This document shows, piece after piece, positions 1 through 10,003 of a stretch of DNA of 64,000 bases. The translations under genes were made by a program, and so were the position numbers. This stretch comes from Spirochaetales bacterium (GTDB lineage Bacteria; Spirochaetota; Spirochaetia; JABEVK01), in contig JBAXAI010000011.1 in assembly GCA_037142615.1 (NCBI GenBank), positions 1-64,000 on the forward strand, in the 5' to 3' direction. Each line of letters starts with the position of its first letter. The first letter of the stretch is position 1. The notes beneath the pieces are model-generated. The model ran no database searches and had not been told where the DNA came from. It saw only the letters and a program-made list of their open reading frames with translations.

Positions 1-94
1 TTTCGTACCCAGACATTACTTGTCTGCTTTACTTGTCTCTTTCCCTCCACTACACTCTTCCGTTCGTTTCCTTCGTCAACTCCTTTTTTTTTTG

Positions 95-817
95 CTAGGC
101 TTCGTGAACGGTACTGGTGCCTTGAACGAAGAGCCCGGCCAGCAACGCGAACACGAAGGCCTGCAAGAACGCCACCAGAATTTCCAGAAAATACAGCACG
201 ATTGCAAACGGTACGGCGATCAGCGCCATCCCGGGCCCGAGCACGAAGATGAGGGCCAGGCACGACAGAATGGCCAGGTGTCCGGCCAGCAGATTCGCGA
301 ACAGGCGAAGGCTCAGAATCAGGCCCTTGATGAACAGCCCGGCGAACTCCAGGAACCCGGCAATCAGCGAGATGACGAGCGGGATTCCCTGGGGCGCCAT
401 GTTGCGCAAGAACCCGACGGGCCCCAAAGCGCGCAGACCGACCGCGAACATCAGGCCCAGAACCAGCAGGGCCAGCGACGACGTCACCGCAAGGTTGGCC
501 GTCGGCGACTTCAGTCCTGGCACCAGGCCGGCCAGGTTGGCGACGAGGATGAAGAAAAACAGGCTCGTGAAAAAGGCCAGCCAGCGTTGAATCCCACTTT
601 CCCCGAAAATGGGAACCACCAGTTCATCCTTCAAAAAGACCACGACGGCTTCCAGCGCCAGCGCCGTGAGGCCAGGAACCGGGCCCGAAAAACGAAAAGC
701 GATCGTAGCAGTTGCCACAAAGCCGAGCGACGAGAGTCCGAGAATCACCGCCAAGATGGTCGGGCCACCGGGAAACAGCGGCCCGTCGAGCACGTGGCCG
801 AACAGGACTTCAATCAT
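95..817 (-). CDS. atpB: F0F1 ATP synthase subunit a
   Basis: Hydrophobic 240 aa; NLAGLVP, PTANLAVT, LSLRLFANLLAGH (essential Arg), EILVAFLQAFVF motifs. Confidence 0.93.
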   Translation of the reverse strand: MIEVLFGHVLDGPLFPGGPTILAVILGLSSLGFVATATIAFRFSGPVPGLTALALEAVVVFLKDELVVPIFGESGIQRWLAFFTSLFFFILVANLAGLVPGLKSPTANLAVTSSLALLVLGLMFAVGLRALGPVGFLRNMAPQGIPLVISLIAGFLEFAGLFIKGLILSLRLFANLLAGHLAILSCLALIFVLGPGMALIAVPFAIVLYFLEILVAFLQAFVFALLAGLFVQGTSTVHEA

Positions 818-1001
818 GAGGATGCCCTCAAGTTGAACTCTGGTCCAGGTGGGGACAATTGCAAGTTAATTCGAGTTCAATTCGTTCGACCTAAACGACG
901 CTTGACCGCAAGCCCCTTGCGAACCATGCTGAACCCTAGGAGATTCCGCATGTCGAAGTTCCTTTTTTCCGTGGGTCCGTGGAAACTGCCTGAGGGTAAC
1001 C

Positions 1002-1301
1002 GTGCAAGTGCATGACCTGCTTCCGTTTTGGCCCGACAAGAACACCTACTTTGTGCCTTGGGTCAAGTTCAAGGTCGAAGACGGTTCCAAGGCCGATGGA
1101 CCGATGTTGCGCAAAGCCAGCGTGGGGCAGGAATTGCTCGCTTGGACCACGCATGCGGCCGCAGAAACAGCCGCTTTGGAACTCGTCGCCCAAACCGGCG
1201 GCTCGTTTGTGATAAAGACCATGGATCGCAAGGACCTGTGGGCCCAATGCAAGCAATTTGCCTCGTGGGGTACCCGTGTCGTTGCCGTTGTCCTGAAATG
1301 A
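1002..1301 (+). CDS. hypothetical protein
   Basis: 99 aa ORF with protein-like composition, GAGG upstream, ends 10 nt before the cupin gene; no family recognised. Confidence 0.55.
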   Translation: MQVHDLLPFWPDKNTYFVPWVKFKVEDGSKADGPMLRKASVGQELLAWTTHAAAETAALELVAQTGGSFVIKTMDRKDLWAQCKQFASWGTRVVAVVLK

Positions 1302-1311
1302 GGGGGGAACC

Positions 1312-1635
1312 GTGATCAGCATACGCAAGGACTTGAGTGCCGCGAACCTGGGCAACGGGGTGACCAGAAGAGTGCTCGCGACCGGCGGGGCCCTGATGAC
1401 CGTCGAGTTCGTGTTCGAAAAGGGTTCGGTCGGAGCCCCCCACTCGCACCACCATGAACAGGTGGGGTACGTGGTGGCGGGGCGCTTTGCTTTTACCCTC
1501 GAGGGAGTGACAACCGTGCTGGTCGCGGGCGACAGTTACTACGTGCCCTCGGGGGCCGCGCATGGCGCCGAAGCCCTTGAGGACGGGGTGTTGCTCGACG
1601 TTTTCACCCCCCAACGTGAAGACTTTCTCCGCTGA
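1312..1635 (+). CDS. kdgF: cupin-domain protein, KdgF-like (uronate metabolism)
   Basis: GVTRRVL, PHSHHHEQ, YYVPSGAAHGA and C-terminal LDVFTPQREDFL typical of KdgF. Confidence 0.8.
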   Translation: MISIRKDLSAANLGNGVTRRVLATGGALMTVEFVFEKGSVGAPHSHHHEQVGYVVAGRFAFTLEGVTTVLVAGDSYYVPSGAAHGAEALEDGVLLDVFTPQREDFLR

Positions 1636-1642
1636 GTTTCCG

Positions 1643-3118
1643 ATGCCAAAACTGGGGATCCGGGGCAAGATTCTGGCACTTTCAGGTCTGAGCTTCCTCA
1701 TCGTGTTTTCACTTTCGGCCGTCGCCCAGGTTCTCGCCCATCAAGCCGGAACCGAGTTTGAAACTCGGCTCAACAACTACTATGCGATGCAGTCGCTGCG
1801 GGTTTCGATGACCGAGATCCGAACCAAGACCGAGCTCTACCTGAGGGAATCGGGAGCCACTTTGAGGAGCGAGCTCGAGGCCGAACTGGCGGGGCTCCCG
1901 CAAAAGGCCGACTCGTTGCGGGGGCTCGAGCCTGGTCCCGGCGAAATTGCCTTTCGAGCCATTGCCGCCCGGCGTGGGCTCGAGGAATACCAACGGCGCA
2001 TCCGGGCCTGCTTTGCGGCTTTGGATTCGGCCGGTGCCGACGGGTATCCCCTCTACCTTTCGGCCGACCGGGTCGCCGTGTACGTCGATAGCTACCTGGC
2101 AATTCTGTTGTCGGCGTCGCTGGAAGACGGAACGCTCTGGTACAAAACCAGCTCGGCGCGGAGCGAAATCTGGGGGCAAATCACGTTGGCGGCCAACCTG
2201 TTCGCCCTGGTGGCTGCCAGCATCCTCGCCTTGTTGCTGGCCGCTTCGATCTCGGGGCCGATCCGTCGGCTGGCCCAAAGCTCGGAAAGGATGGCCATTG
2301 GCGACTTCGACGTGGATCCGGTGGTTGCTCACACCGGTGACGAGGTCGAGGTTCTGGCGCGTAACTTTTCGATCATGAGCCAGAACTTGCGCGAGCTCGT
2401 CGGAGGCCTTCACGAAAAGTCCTCGCTGGAACAGCAGGTCCACAGGGACGAATTGACGCTGGTGGCGCTCGACCGCGACCTGAAGGAAGCCCGGTTCTAC
2501 GCCATGCAAAGCCGGATACGCCCGCACTTTCTGTTCAACGCGCTCAACACGGTGTCCCGCACGGCCTTGCTGGAGGAGGCCACACAAACCGAAGAACTTA
2601 CGCACCGTTTGGCGGCACTGATGCGCTATTCCCTTGGGACGGGCGAGGCCTTTGTCACGCTCGAGGAAGAGCTGGGGATTGTCCGTGAGTACCTTCTGTT
2701 TCAGGAAATCCGGTTCGGAGCCCGTTTGAAGTGGGAGCTTCGCGCTGACGCCGAAGTCGTGTCGAGCCGGCTGCCCCGCTTTTTGTTGCAGCCGCTGGTC
2801 GAAAATGCGGTGCTGCACGGCATCGAACCGCTGATCGCGGGGGGACGCGTGGCCGTGCTTGCCCGGGTGCGGCGCAACAGTGTCACCTTGGCCGTGGCAG
2901 ACACGGGCTGCGGAATGGACCGCGACCTCCTGAGGAAGGTCAGGTCGGGGATTGCGGCGACGCGAGAGTCGGAGTTGGGGGTCGGAACCGCCAGTCTCGA
3001 GTCCCGCCTGGCCTACTTGTACCCCGTGGGGGTGCGAGCGTCTTTGTACTCCCAGCCTGGTCGCGGCACCTTGCTGGTGATCCGGTTTCCGTGGGGAGGA
3101 GCAGCCGATGCCAACTAG
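1643..3118 (+). CDS. YesM/LytS-type sensor histidine kinase (HAMP + His_kinase + HATPase)
   Basis: Two TM segments, HAMP (DEVEVLARNF), SRIRPHFLFNALN, LQPLVENAVLHG; ATG at 1643 chosen. Confidence 0.9.
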   Translation: MPKLGIRGKILALSGLSFLIVFSLSAVAQVLAHQAGTEFETRLNNYYAMQSLRVSMTEIRTKTELYLRESGATLRSELEAELAGLPQKADSLRGLEPGPGEIAFRAIAARRGLEEYQRRIRACFAALDSAGADGYPLYLSADRVAVYVDSYLAILLSASLEDGTLWYKTSSARSEIWGQITLAANLFALVAASILALLLAASISGPIRRLAQSSERMAIGDFDVDPVVAHTGDEVEVLARNFSIMSQNLRELVGGLHEKSSLEQQVHRDELTLVALDRDLKEARFYAMQSRIRPHFLFNALNTVSRTALLEEATQTEELTHRLAALMRYSLGTGEAFVTLEEELGIVREYLLFQEIRFGARLKWELRADAEVVSSRLPRFLLQPLVENAVLHGIEPLIAGGRVAVLARVRRNSVTLAVADTGCGMDRDLLRKVRSGIAATRESELGVGTASLESRLAYLYPVGVRASLYSQPGRGTLLVIRFPWGGAADAN

Positions 3119-4358
3119 AATACTCATCGCCGACGACGAAGAGTTGGAGCGCAAGGCTATCCGCAAGATTCTGGAGCGCGAAACCGACTGGGAACTTTAC
3201 GAGGCAGAAAACGGGCTGGAGGCGCTGGCGCTGGTGGGCAAGGTTTCGGTGACCGTCGTGCTGCTCGATATCAAAATGCCTGGCCTCGACGGGATCGCGG
3301 TCGCCGAGCGCCTCAGGGCCGAGTACCCCGACGTGGCGGTGATCTTCCTCACGGCCTACGATCAGTTCGATTACGCCCGGTCGGCCCTGCGTCTCCAGGT
3401 CGATGAGTTCCTGCTCAAGCCGGCCTCGGCCAAAGAAGTGCTGGCTTCGGTCTGGGCTGTCCTTTCCCGGGTCGCCAGCCGCGAGGGTCAACGCCAATCG
3501 AGTCAGGAAGCGTTGCAGAGGCTCGATAGCGCCATCACCTTGGTCGCCGGGCGCCTTCGTGACGACCTGTCGGCGGGACTCACCGATTCGGATCAGGTGA
3601 GCAAGTTCCTCAACCTGCAGAACCTTGCCGGAGGCCCGCTGTTGGTTTTTGAATGCCGGGCCACGGTGGCGGGTTCGCCTTTGAACCCTGTCGCCACGTT
3701 GGCCGAGGCCCTGTTCACGGTGGGCGAGACTGTGGCTTTGGCGGGTGTCCGGGGTCTGACTGTCCGCGTGCTGTGTTTGGGTGAAGACGGCAAGCAGGAC
3801 CCCCTGCCGCTGCTCAAGAGGTTCCGCGAAACCGTGCGCAGCGAAACCGGAGTGTCGCTTTGGGTGGGGGCGGCCGTTGCAGGCGGCGAACCGGTGGGCC
3901 TCGATGCCCTGGTGACGGCAGCGCACCGGGCTGCCACCCTGGCCAACGCCTCCAACCCCATTTTGGTTGTCACCGTGGGGGGCAGGCCGGGACTCGGCGC
4001 TGCGCCAGGACTTCCGTTGGTGGTCACCAAGGCCCTCGCGATGCTGGAGGACCGGATGACCGAGAATCTTTCGCTGGACGAAGTGGCCCTGGCGTTGGGA
4101 CTCTCGCCGTCGCACCTTTCGCGGCAGTTGGCAAGGGCTACCGGAAACGGCTTTGCCGAGTGTCTGGCGCACTTCCGAATCGCCAGCGCCAAGTCGTACC
4201 TCACCAAGGGCAGCCAGACGATCAAGGAAGTAGCCCACCTGGTGGGTTACCACGATCCGGCCTACTTTGCCCGGGTGTTCCGTCGGCTCGAGGGTTGCAG
4301 CCCAGCGGATTTCCGGGCTGGGATCGACCGGCAGGAGGCCTCAAAATCAACCAAATAA
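3108..4358 (+). CDS. YesN-type response regulator (REC + AraC HTH)
   Basis: ILIADDE, LLDIKMPGLDG; C-terminal IKEVAHLVGYHDPAYFARVFRR. Confidence 0.92.
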   Translation: MPTRILIADDEELERKAIRKILERETDWELYEAENGLEALALVGKVSVTVVLLDIKMPGLDGIAVAERLRAEYPDVAVIFLTAYDQFDYARSALRLQVDEFLLKPASAKEVLASVWAVLSRVASREGQRQSSQEALQRLDSAITLVAGRLRDDLSAGLTDSDQVSKFLNLQNLAGGPLLVFECRATVAGSPLNPVATLAEALFTVGETVALAGVRGLTVRVLCLGEDGKQDPLPLLKRFRETVRSETGVSLWVGAAVAGGEPVGLDALVTAAHRAATLANASNPILVVTVGGRPGLGAAPGLPLVVTKALAMLEDRMTENLSLDEVALALGLSPSHLSRQLARATGNGFAECLAHFRIASAKSYLTKGSQTIKEVAHLVGYHDPAYFARVFRRLEGCSPADFRAGIDRQEASKSTK

Positions 4359-5341
4359 GCTCGCTTTGCCGAAAACTTGCCCTGGTGGCGGTCCTGACGC
4401 TGGCCCTGCCGGCGGGCCTGATCTGCGCCGAGTCGAAAACCCTGTACCTGCGGCTGGCCGAACTCCACCCCTCGGACCACCCCACCAGCAAGGGCGACCG
4501 GGAGTTTGCCCGTCAGGTGGCCGAGTTGTCGAAGGGGCGGATCCAGGTTGAGGTGTACGACAACGGGGTGCTCGGCGACGAACTCTCGGTGATGGAGCAG
4601 TTGCGCTTTGGTGCGATCGACTTGGCCCGCGTGTCGATCGCGTCGGTTCAACCGTTCGTCCCTCAGTTGGCGGCCCTCTTCTTGCCCTACCTGTACCGTG
4701 ACGATGACCATTTGTGGAAGGTCCTGTCGGGTCCTGTCGGGCAACAACTGCTGGCCGACCTCAAGGCGGGCGGCCAAATCGGCATCGGTTGGTTCGAGGC
4801 GGGTGCGCGCAGCTTCTACACGGCCCGCACCAAGCTCCAGCGCGCGTCCGACCTGGTGGGTCTTCGAATCCGGGTCCAGGAAAGTCCGCCTATGGTGAGG
4901 CTCGTAGAAACCCTCGGCGCAAAGGCCCTGCCACTGCCTTTCCCGAACGTCTACTCCGGACTGCGGACCGGCGCTCTCGACGGGGCCGAAAACAACCTGG
5001 TGACCTACTACGCTTCGAGCCACTATCAGGTTGCCCCCTTTTTCACTCTCGACGAACACGCCCGGTTGCCCGAACTTCTGATCGGTTCGCCTTTGGCGTT
5101 CTCGCAAATCAGCCAAGCCGACCAAGCGCTGCTTTTGCAGGCTGCCGCTGCGGCCGCCGTCACCCAAAGGGCCGCCTTCCAGAGCTACGAGGCCGAGATA
5201 CGCGACAAGCTCGTGACCGCCGGGGTGACTTTTTTTGAGCCGGTGGATCTGGCCTCGTGGCAGGCCCGCGCCCGGCGAATCTGGAGTGAACAGACCCCCC
5301 AGGTGCGCGAACTCCTCGAGCGGATCCGTAACACCCAATAG
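4346..5341 (+). CDS. dctP: TRAP solute-binding protein DctP (copy 1; start uncertain, ATC at 4346 or GTG at 4385)
   Basis: Signal peptide, LRLAELHP, GLRIRVQES, ALDGAENN motifs; GGAGG at 4334-4338. Confidence 0.85.
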   Translation: MNQISSLCRKLALVAVLTLALPAGLICAESKTLYLRLAELHPSDHPTSKGDREFARQVAELSKGRIQVEVYDNGVLGDELSVMEQLRFGAIDLARVSIASVQPFVPQLAALFLPYLYRDDDHLWKVLSGPVGQQLLADLKAGGQIGIGWFEAGARSFYTARTKLQRASDLVGLRIRVQESPPMVRLVETLGAKALPLPFPNVYSGLRTGALDGAENNLVTYYASSHYQVAPFFTLDEHARLPELLIGSPLAFSQISQADQALLLQAAAAAAVTQRAAFQSYEAEIRDKLVTAGVTFFEPVDLASWQARARRIWSEQTPQVRELLERIRNTQ

Positions 5342-5430
5342 CGCATCAAAGTACCAGACTCCTCGGAAATGTCCTGCTCTGCTTGCGACCTAATGGGCGT
5401 AAAATCGGCAGGACTACCTGAGGAGGTACC

Positions 5431-6420
5431 ATGAAAAAGATTCTGTTTGCGTTGCTGGTGGTGGCGGTGGGGTTCGCGGGAAACCTGTTTGCGGCCGACG
5501 CCAAGATCGTCTTGAAACTGGCAGAAATCCACCCCAAGGGCTACCCGACCGAGCTTGCCGATGAGGAGTTTGCCAAACTCGTCAACAAGTACACCGACGG
5601 CGAAATCCGTATCGACGTGTATCCCGGCGGCGAACTGTCGAGCGACGAAAAGGTGATTATCGAGCAGGTCAAGGTTGGTGTCATCCACTTTGCCCGCGTC
5701 AGTTCCGGCGCTCTGGGAGCGTTCAACCCCCAGATGAACGTGTTCGGTTTGCCCTACCTGTTCGACAGCAAGGAACACATGTGGGCCTTCCTGAACGGCG
5801 CCTATGGCCAAAAGATGCTCACCGACCTGATCCCTTCGGGCTTCTTCGGCCTGACGTGGTACGACGGTGGCGCCCGTTCGTTCTATTCCAAGAACCCCAT
5901 CAAGGGACCGGCCGACATCAAGGGGCAGAAGTTCCGCATGATGGGCAACCCCATCCTGCTCAAGATGGCCGATTCGTTGGGAGCCTCTTCAGTGTCTATG
6001 GCTGCCGGCCAAGTCTTCGGCGCCATCCAGACTGGCGTCTTGGACGGAGCAGAAAACAACGCTCCCTCGCTGATCTCGTTCAACCATTATCAGGTCGTCA
6101 AATACTACACCCTCGACGAACATGCACGCCTCCCCGAAGTCCTGTTCATGAACCGCAGCGCGTGGGACAAGATGAGCCTCGCCCAGCAGACCGCGATCAA
6201 CCGCGCCGCCGACGAAACGGTGAAGTTCCAGCGCGCCGCATGGGATGCCTATGAAATCGAGGCTATGAAGAAGGTCAAGGACTCGGGCGTGATCATCACT
6301 GCCGTGCCCGACAAGAAGGTCTGGCAAGCTGCGGTCAAGCCGGTGTTCGATGCCGAAATGGCCCCCTACGCCGACACCGTCAAGGCTGTCGACGCTGCCC
6401 GGGCGACCCTGAAGAAGTAG
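5431..6420 (+). CDS. dctP: TRAP solute-binding protein DctP (copy 2)
   Basis: Signal peptide, strong GAGGAGG RBS, GARSFY, GVLDGAENN. Confidence 0.93.
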   Translation: MKKILFALLVVAVGFAGNLFAADAKIVLKLAEIHPKGYPTELADEEFAKLVNKYTDGEIRIDVYPGGELSSDEKVIIEQVKVGVIHFARVSSGALGAFNPQMNVFGLPYLFDSKEHMWAFLNGAYGQKMLTDLIPSGFFGLTWYDGGARSFYSKNPIKGPADIKGQKFRMMGNPILLKMADSLGASSVSMAAGQVFGAIQTGVLDGAENNAPSLISFNHYQVVKYYTLDEHARLPEVLFMNRSAWDKMSLAQQTAINRAADETVKFQRAAWDAYEIEAMKKVKDSGVIITAVPDKKVWQAAVKPVFDAEMAPYADTVKAVDAARATLKK

Positions 6421-6429
6421 ATTTTCGCT

Positions 6430-6455
6430 GAGGAGCGGTCGTGAGGCCGCTCCTC
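6430..6455 (+). terminator. stem-loop after dctP (terminator/mRNA stabiliser)
   Basis: GAGGAGCGGTC-gtga-GGCCGCTCCTC followed by GTTT. Confidence 0.6.
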
Positions 6456-6479
6456 GTTTCACGACCAAGGAGGGCCACT

Positions 6480-7001
6480 ATGGCCAAAAAGAAGGGCCGG
6501 ATCGGGCGATTCTTCCTGTTCCTCGACAAGACCATTGAGGCCTACGCGATAGGCCTTTTGGTCTTTCTCATCTTGAACGTCTTCGTCGCCGTCATCATGC
6601 GCCGCTTTTTTGGCCACATGGCGCCCTGGTCGGAAGAGATCTCGCTGCTGAGCCTGACGTGGTTCTCGTTCATGGGCATCGCCATCGGCTTTCGCGAGGA
6701 GCTCCACCTGGGCATGGACCTGCTCGATCACTTCATCCCCGCCAAGGCCCTGGCCGTGTGGGACCGCGTGATCGACGTGGTGGTGATCGCGTTCGGCCTC
6801 TACCTGACCTACTACGGGGCCGAATTCACCCTCAAAATGGGAACCTCAACCCTGGCGATCACCGGGTGGCCCAACATGGTGCAGTACATCGTTATGCCGA
6901 TCACAGGGGTCCTCACCACCATCTATTCGGTGCTCCGGCTCTTGGGGATGGACCTGCGTCGCTACAACCAGGTCGAAGAGGAGATCAAAGCCGATGTATG
7001 A
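6480..7001 (+). CDS. dctQ: TRAP small permease DctQ
   Basis: 4 TM, WSEEIS and HLGMDLL motifs; AGGAGG RBS before ATG 6480. Confidence 0.9.
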   Translation: MAKKKGRIGRFFLFLDKTIEAYAIGLLVFLILNVFVAVIMRRFFGHMAPWSEEISLLSLTWFSFMGIAIGFREELHLGMDLLDHFIPAKALAVWDRVIDVVVIAFGLYLTYYGAEFTLKMGTSTLAITGWPNMVQYIVMPITGVLTTIYSVLRLLGMDLRRYNQVEEEIKADV

Positions 7002-8337
7002 CCCCAACATAGCCATCGCCATCCTCGCGGTCACCTTCGTGGTGCTGCTGTTCCTCCGGCTCCCGGTGGCCCTGACGCTGGTGATCTCGTCGATCGCGAC
7101 GATGTTCTACATGCAAGACCCCTTTATGGGCTATATCGACATTGTCGCTCAGCAGACCTTGCAGGGGGTCAATGCCTTCTCGTTGTTGGCCATTCCCTTC
7201 TTCATCCTGACCGGGCAGTTGCTCGGCGAAGGTGGCCTGGCCAACCGCATCGTGTCGCTCGCCAACCTGTTCGTGGGGCGGTTGCCGGGCGGACTCTCGC
7301 TGGTCAACTCGGTGGCCTGCATGTTCTTCGGCAACCTTTCTGGCTCAGCGGTGGCCGACACCTCGGCGATCGGGTCGGTCATGATCCCGATCATGGTCAA
7401 AAAAGGCTACTCGCCCGAGTACGCCGTGGGCGTCACGATCTCGTCGGCCATTCAGGGCGTGATTGTCCCGCCGAGCCACAACCTCGTCCTGTATTCCATC
7501 GTCGCAGCAGGCGTTGTGGTTCCCGCCGCGGGCGGGGGCATGGAGCGCGTCGGCATCGACGTGGGCAAGCTGTTTCTGGCAGGAATTGTGCCCGGCGTGC
7601 TTTTGCTGATCACGCTGTGTATTGTCGGCCTAACGATCAGCATCCGCCGAGGCTACCCCAAGGGCGACGCCGTCGCGTGGAAGCAGGTTCCGGGCATCCT
7701 CTTCCATGGAATCCTTTCGTTCACACCGGCTTTTGTGATTCTGGGCAGCGTAATCTCAGGGCTGGCGACCGCCACCGAAGCCGGTGCCGTGGCCGTCGTG
7801 TACTCGTTCTTCCTCGGGGCCTTTGTGTACCGCGAACTGAAGTTCAACCGCCTGTGGGCCGTGCTGGTGCGCACCTTCCGCACCGTGCTCATGGTGTTCT
7901 TCCTGATCGGGGCTTCGGGGGCTTTTGGTTATGTGATGACCACCCTCCACCTCCCCGACCTCATCACCCAGGCGTTTCTGTCGGTTTCGCACGAACCGTG
8001 GGTCATTCTGCTCCTGATCAACGTTCTCCTGTTGCTCCTGGGAGGACCGATGGACATGGCGCCAATGATTGTCATCCTGACGCCGGTGCTCTTGCCCGTC
8101 TGCCTGCAACTGGGAATGCATCCGATCCACTTTGGCATCATGCTGGTGTTCAATGCCGGCATGGGACTCTTGACTCCGCCGGTGGGTACCGTGTTGTTTG
8201 TGGGATGCGCCATCGGAAAAGTCTCCGTGCTCGAAGGAACCAAGGCCATGTGGCCGTTCTTCCTGGCAATGATTGTTGCCCTGTTGATCATCACCTTCGT
8301 ACCTGCCGTGAGCCTCTGGCTCCCCGGTTTGCTGTAG
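6994..8337 (+). CDS. dctM: TRAP large permease DctM
   Basis: LLAIPFFILTG, SGSAVAD, IVPPS, GLLTPPVG motifs. Confidence 0.95.
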   Translation: MYDPNIAIAILAVTFVVLLFLRLPVALTLVISSIATMFYMQDPFMGYIDIVAQQTLQGVNAFSLLAIPFFILTGQLLGEGGLANRIVSLANLFVGRLPGGLSLVNSVACMFFGNLSGSAVADTSAIGSVMIPIMVKKGYSPEYAVGVTISSAIQGVIVPPSHNLVLYSIVAAGVVVPAAGGGMERVGIDVGKLFLAGIVPGVLLLITLCIVGLTISIRRGYPKGDAVAWKQVPGILFHGILSFTPAFVILGSVISGLATATEAGAVAVVYSFFLGAFVYRELKFNRLWAVLVRTFRTVLMVFFLIGASGAFGYVMTTLHLPDLITQAFLSVSHEPWVILLLINVLLLLLGGPMDMAPMIVILTPVLLPVCLQLGMHPIHFGIMLVFNAGMGLLTPPVGTVLFVGCAIGKVSVLEGTKAMWPFFLAMIVALLIITFVPAVSLWLPGLL

Positions 8338-8363
8338 CCCCGGGCCGGGATTAGGCGAGACTG

Positions 8364-9305
8364 ATGCTGGCAGCCCTGCTCACCATCGGTCTTGGCCTCG
8401 GTGCCGGTCTCATCCTGGGCCGGTGGCTCGAGCATCGCGGGGCTGTGCGCGCAAAGGGCCGTCTGCGCCGGGGCCTGCAACTTGCGGCGTTGGTGGTGCT
8501 CAATCCCGTGGCCTTTGTGGGCGCCTTATGGTCACTCCCGGCGCTGGATCCCCGCCTGCTCCTGTTCCCGGTTGTGGGCCTCGGCACCCTCGTGGCGGCT
8601 TTTCTGGTGGGTGGTATCACGGCCAGGCTGTTGCACCTGGACCCGCAGCGCGCGCTGCTCTTTCGTACGGGACTCTCGTACACCAACATCGGAAACCTGG
8701 GGGGCTTGGCCGTGTTCCAGTTGCTTGGCGAGGCGGCGTATGCCCTGGTGCCGCTGTACAAGCTTTTTGAGGAACTGTGGTACTACGGTTTTCTTTTCCC
8801 GCACACGAACCCCGGTAAGGCTAGCGACTCGGTTCGCGCGGGCTTGTGGAAGGTGCTCCGGGACCCTTTTGTGCTGCTGGTTCTTGGGGCCCTTGGGGTG
8901 GGCTTTCTGCTCAACCTTTCGCCTTGGGAGCGGCCAGGGTGGTACGGCCCGCTCAATGCCCTGCTGATTCCCCTGAGTACCGGCCTTTTGCTCGTTGCCG
9001 TGGGAATGGACCTCAAGCTGAGCTTGTCGAAGGTCGATACGCGACCGGCTTTCGTGCTGGTCGCCCTCAAGTTGACCCTGTTGCCGCTGGTTTCGGTGGT
9101 GCTCTCGGGACTCATGGGCTTCTGGTCGCTGTCAGTTGTTTGGAAGACCGCCTTGGTGCTGTCGTGCATGCCGATGGCGTTCCTGTCGATGGTACCGCCC
9201 GCGCTGTACGGCCTGGACGGCAAGTTCACCACGACGGCCTGGGCCCTGAGCATGGTTTCGCTGGCAATCACGCTCCCGCTGCTGCTCCTGATTGCCAAAC
9301 TGTAG
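8364..9305 (+). CDS. AEC-family membrane transporter
   Basis: Multi-TM protein; TNIGNLGG, LKLTLLP, SCMPMA motifs. Confidence 0.7.
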   Translation: MLAALLTIGLGLGAGLILGRWLEHRGAVRAKGRLRRGLQLAALVVLNPVAFVGALWSLPALDPRLLLFPVVGLGTLVAAFLVGGITARLLHLDPQRALLFRTGLSYTNIGNLGGLAVFQLLGEAAYALVPLYKLFEELWYYGFLFPHTNPGKASDSVRAGLWKVLRDPFVLLVLGALGVGFLLNLSPWERPGWYGPLNALLIPLSTGLLLVAVGMDLKLSLSKVDTRPAFVLVALKLTLLPLVSVVLSGLMGFWSLSVVWKTALVLSCMPMAFLSMVPPALYGLDGKFTTTAWALSMVSLAITLPLLLLIAKL

Positions 9306-9325
9306 TCGGCAGCGCCAGAAACGCC

Positions 9326-9994
9326 TTACACCCTTTCGACGTCGTACCAGTCGGCGCCGTCAATCTTGAAGTCCTCGACGGCGAGGTCGGTCATCGGGTG
9401 ATTGATCATGGCGTTGAGCACGTCGGCCGAGGCCGTGACGGCGTGGCAGCCCACCATGCTCACGCGGTAAATCTGGTCGACGTTCTTGAAGCTGGCGGCG
9501 AGCACCTTGGTCGCCAGGCCGTAGCGGGCAAAGGTGGTGACGATGTCGCTCACCACCTCGATGCCGTGGCTGACGATGTTGTCGAGGCGATTCACGTACG
9601 GGGCCACAAAATCGGCGCCGGCCTTGGCCGCGATGAGGGCCTGCTGCTGGGTAAAGATCGCCGTCGCGGTGACTTTCATGCCGGCCCGCTTGACCATCTG
9701 GATGGCGCGGAAGCCCTCGTGGGTGACGGGAATCTTCACGTAGTAATTGTCGCCCAGCGAGAAGCGCTTGCGGTAGCTCTGCGCCTCGGCAAGAATGTCT
9801 TCGGCGCTGTCGCTGAGCATTTGGATGTGCATCATCTTGTTGCCCACGATCTCGAGAATGGCCGGCACCGCCTTCGACAGCGGCAACCCACCCTTCGCCA
9901 AAATGGTCGGGTTGGTGGTCACCCCTTCCAGCGGAAAGTTGTAGAACAGCGATCTCAGTTCGTCGAGATTCGCGGTGTCGGCCATGTAAATCAT
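9326..9994 (-). CDS. transaldolase / fructose-6-phosphate aldolase family
   Basis: ADTAN, GVTTNPT, VKIP (Schiff-base Lys), APYVNRLD, LAASFK. Confidence 0.92.
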   Translation of the reverse strand: MIYMADTANLDELRSLFYNFPLEGVTTNPTILAKGGLPLSKAVPAILEIVGNKMMHIQMLSDSAEDILAEAQSYRKRFSLGDNYYVKIPVTHEGFRAIQMVKRAGMKVTATAIFTQQQALIAAKAGADFVAPYVNRLDNIVSHGIEVVSDIVTTFARYGLATKVLAASFKNVDQIYRVSMVGCHAVTASADVLNAMINHPMTDLAVEDFKIDGADWYDVERV

Positions 9995-10003
9995 GTGGGT
10001 CTC

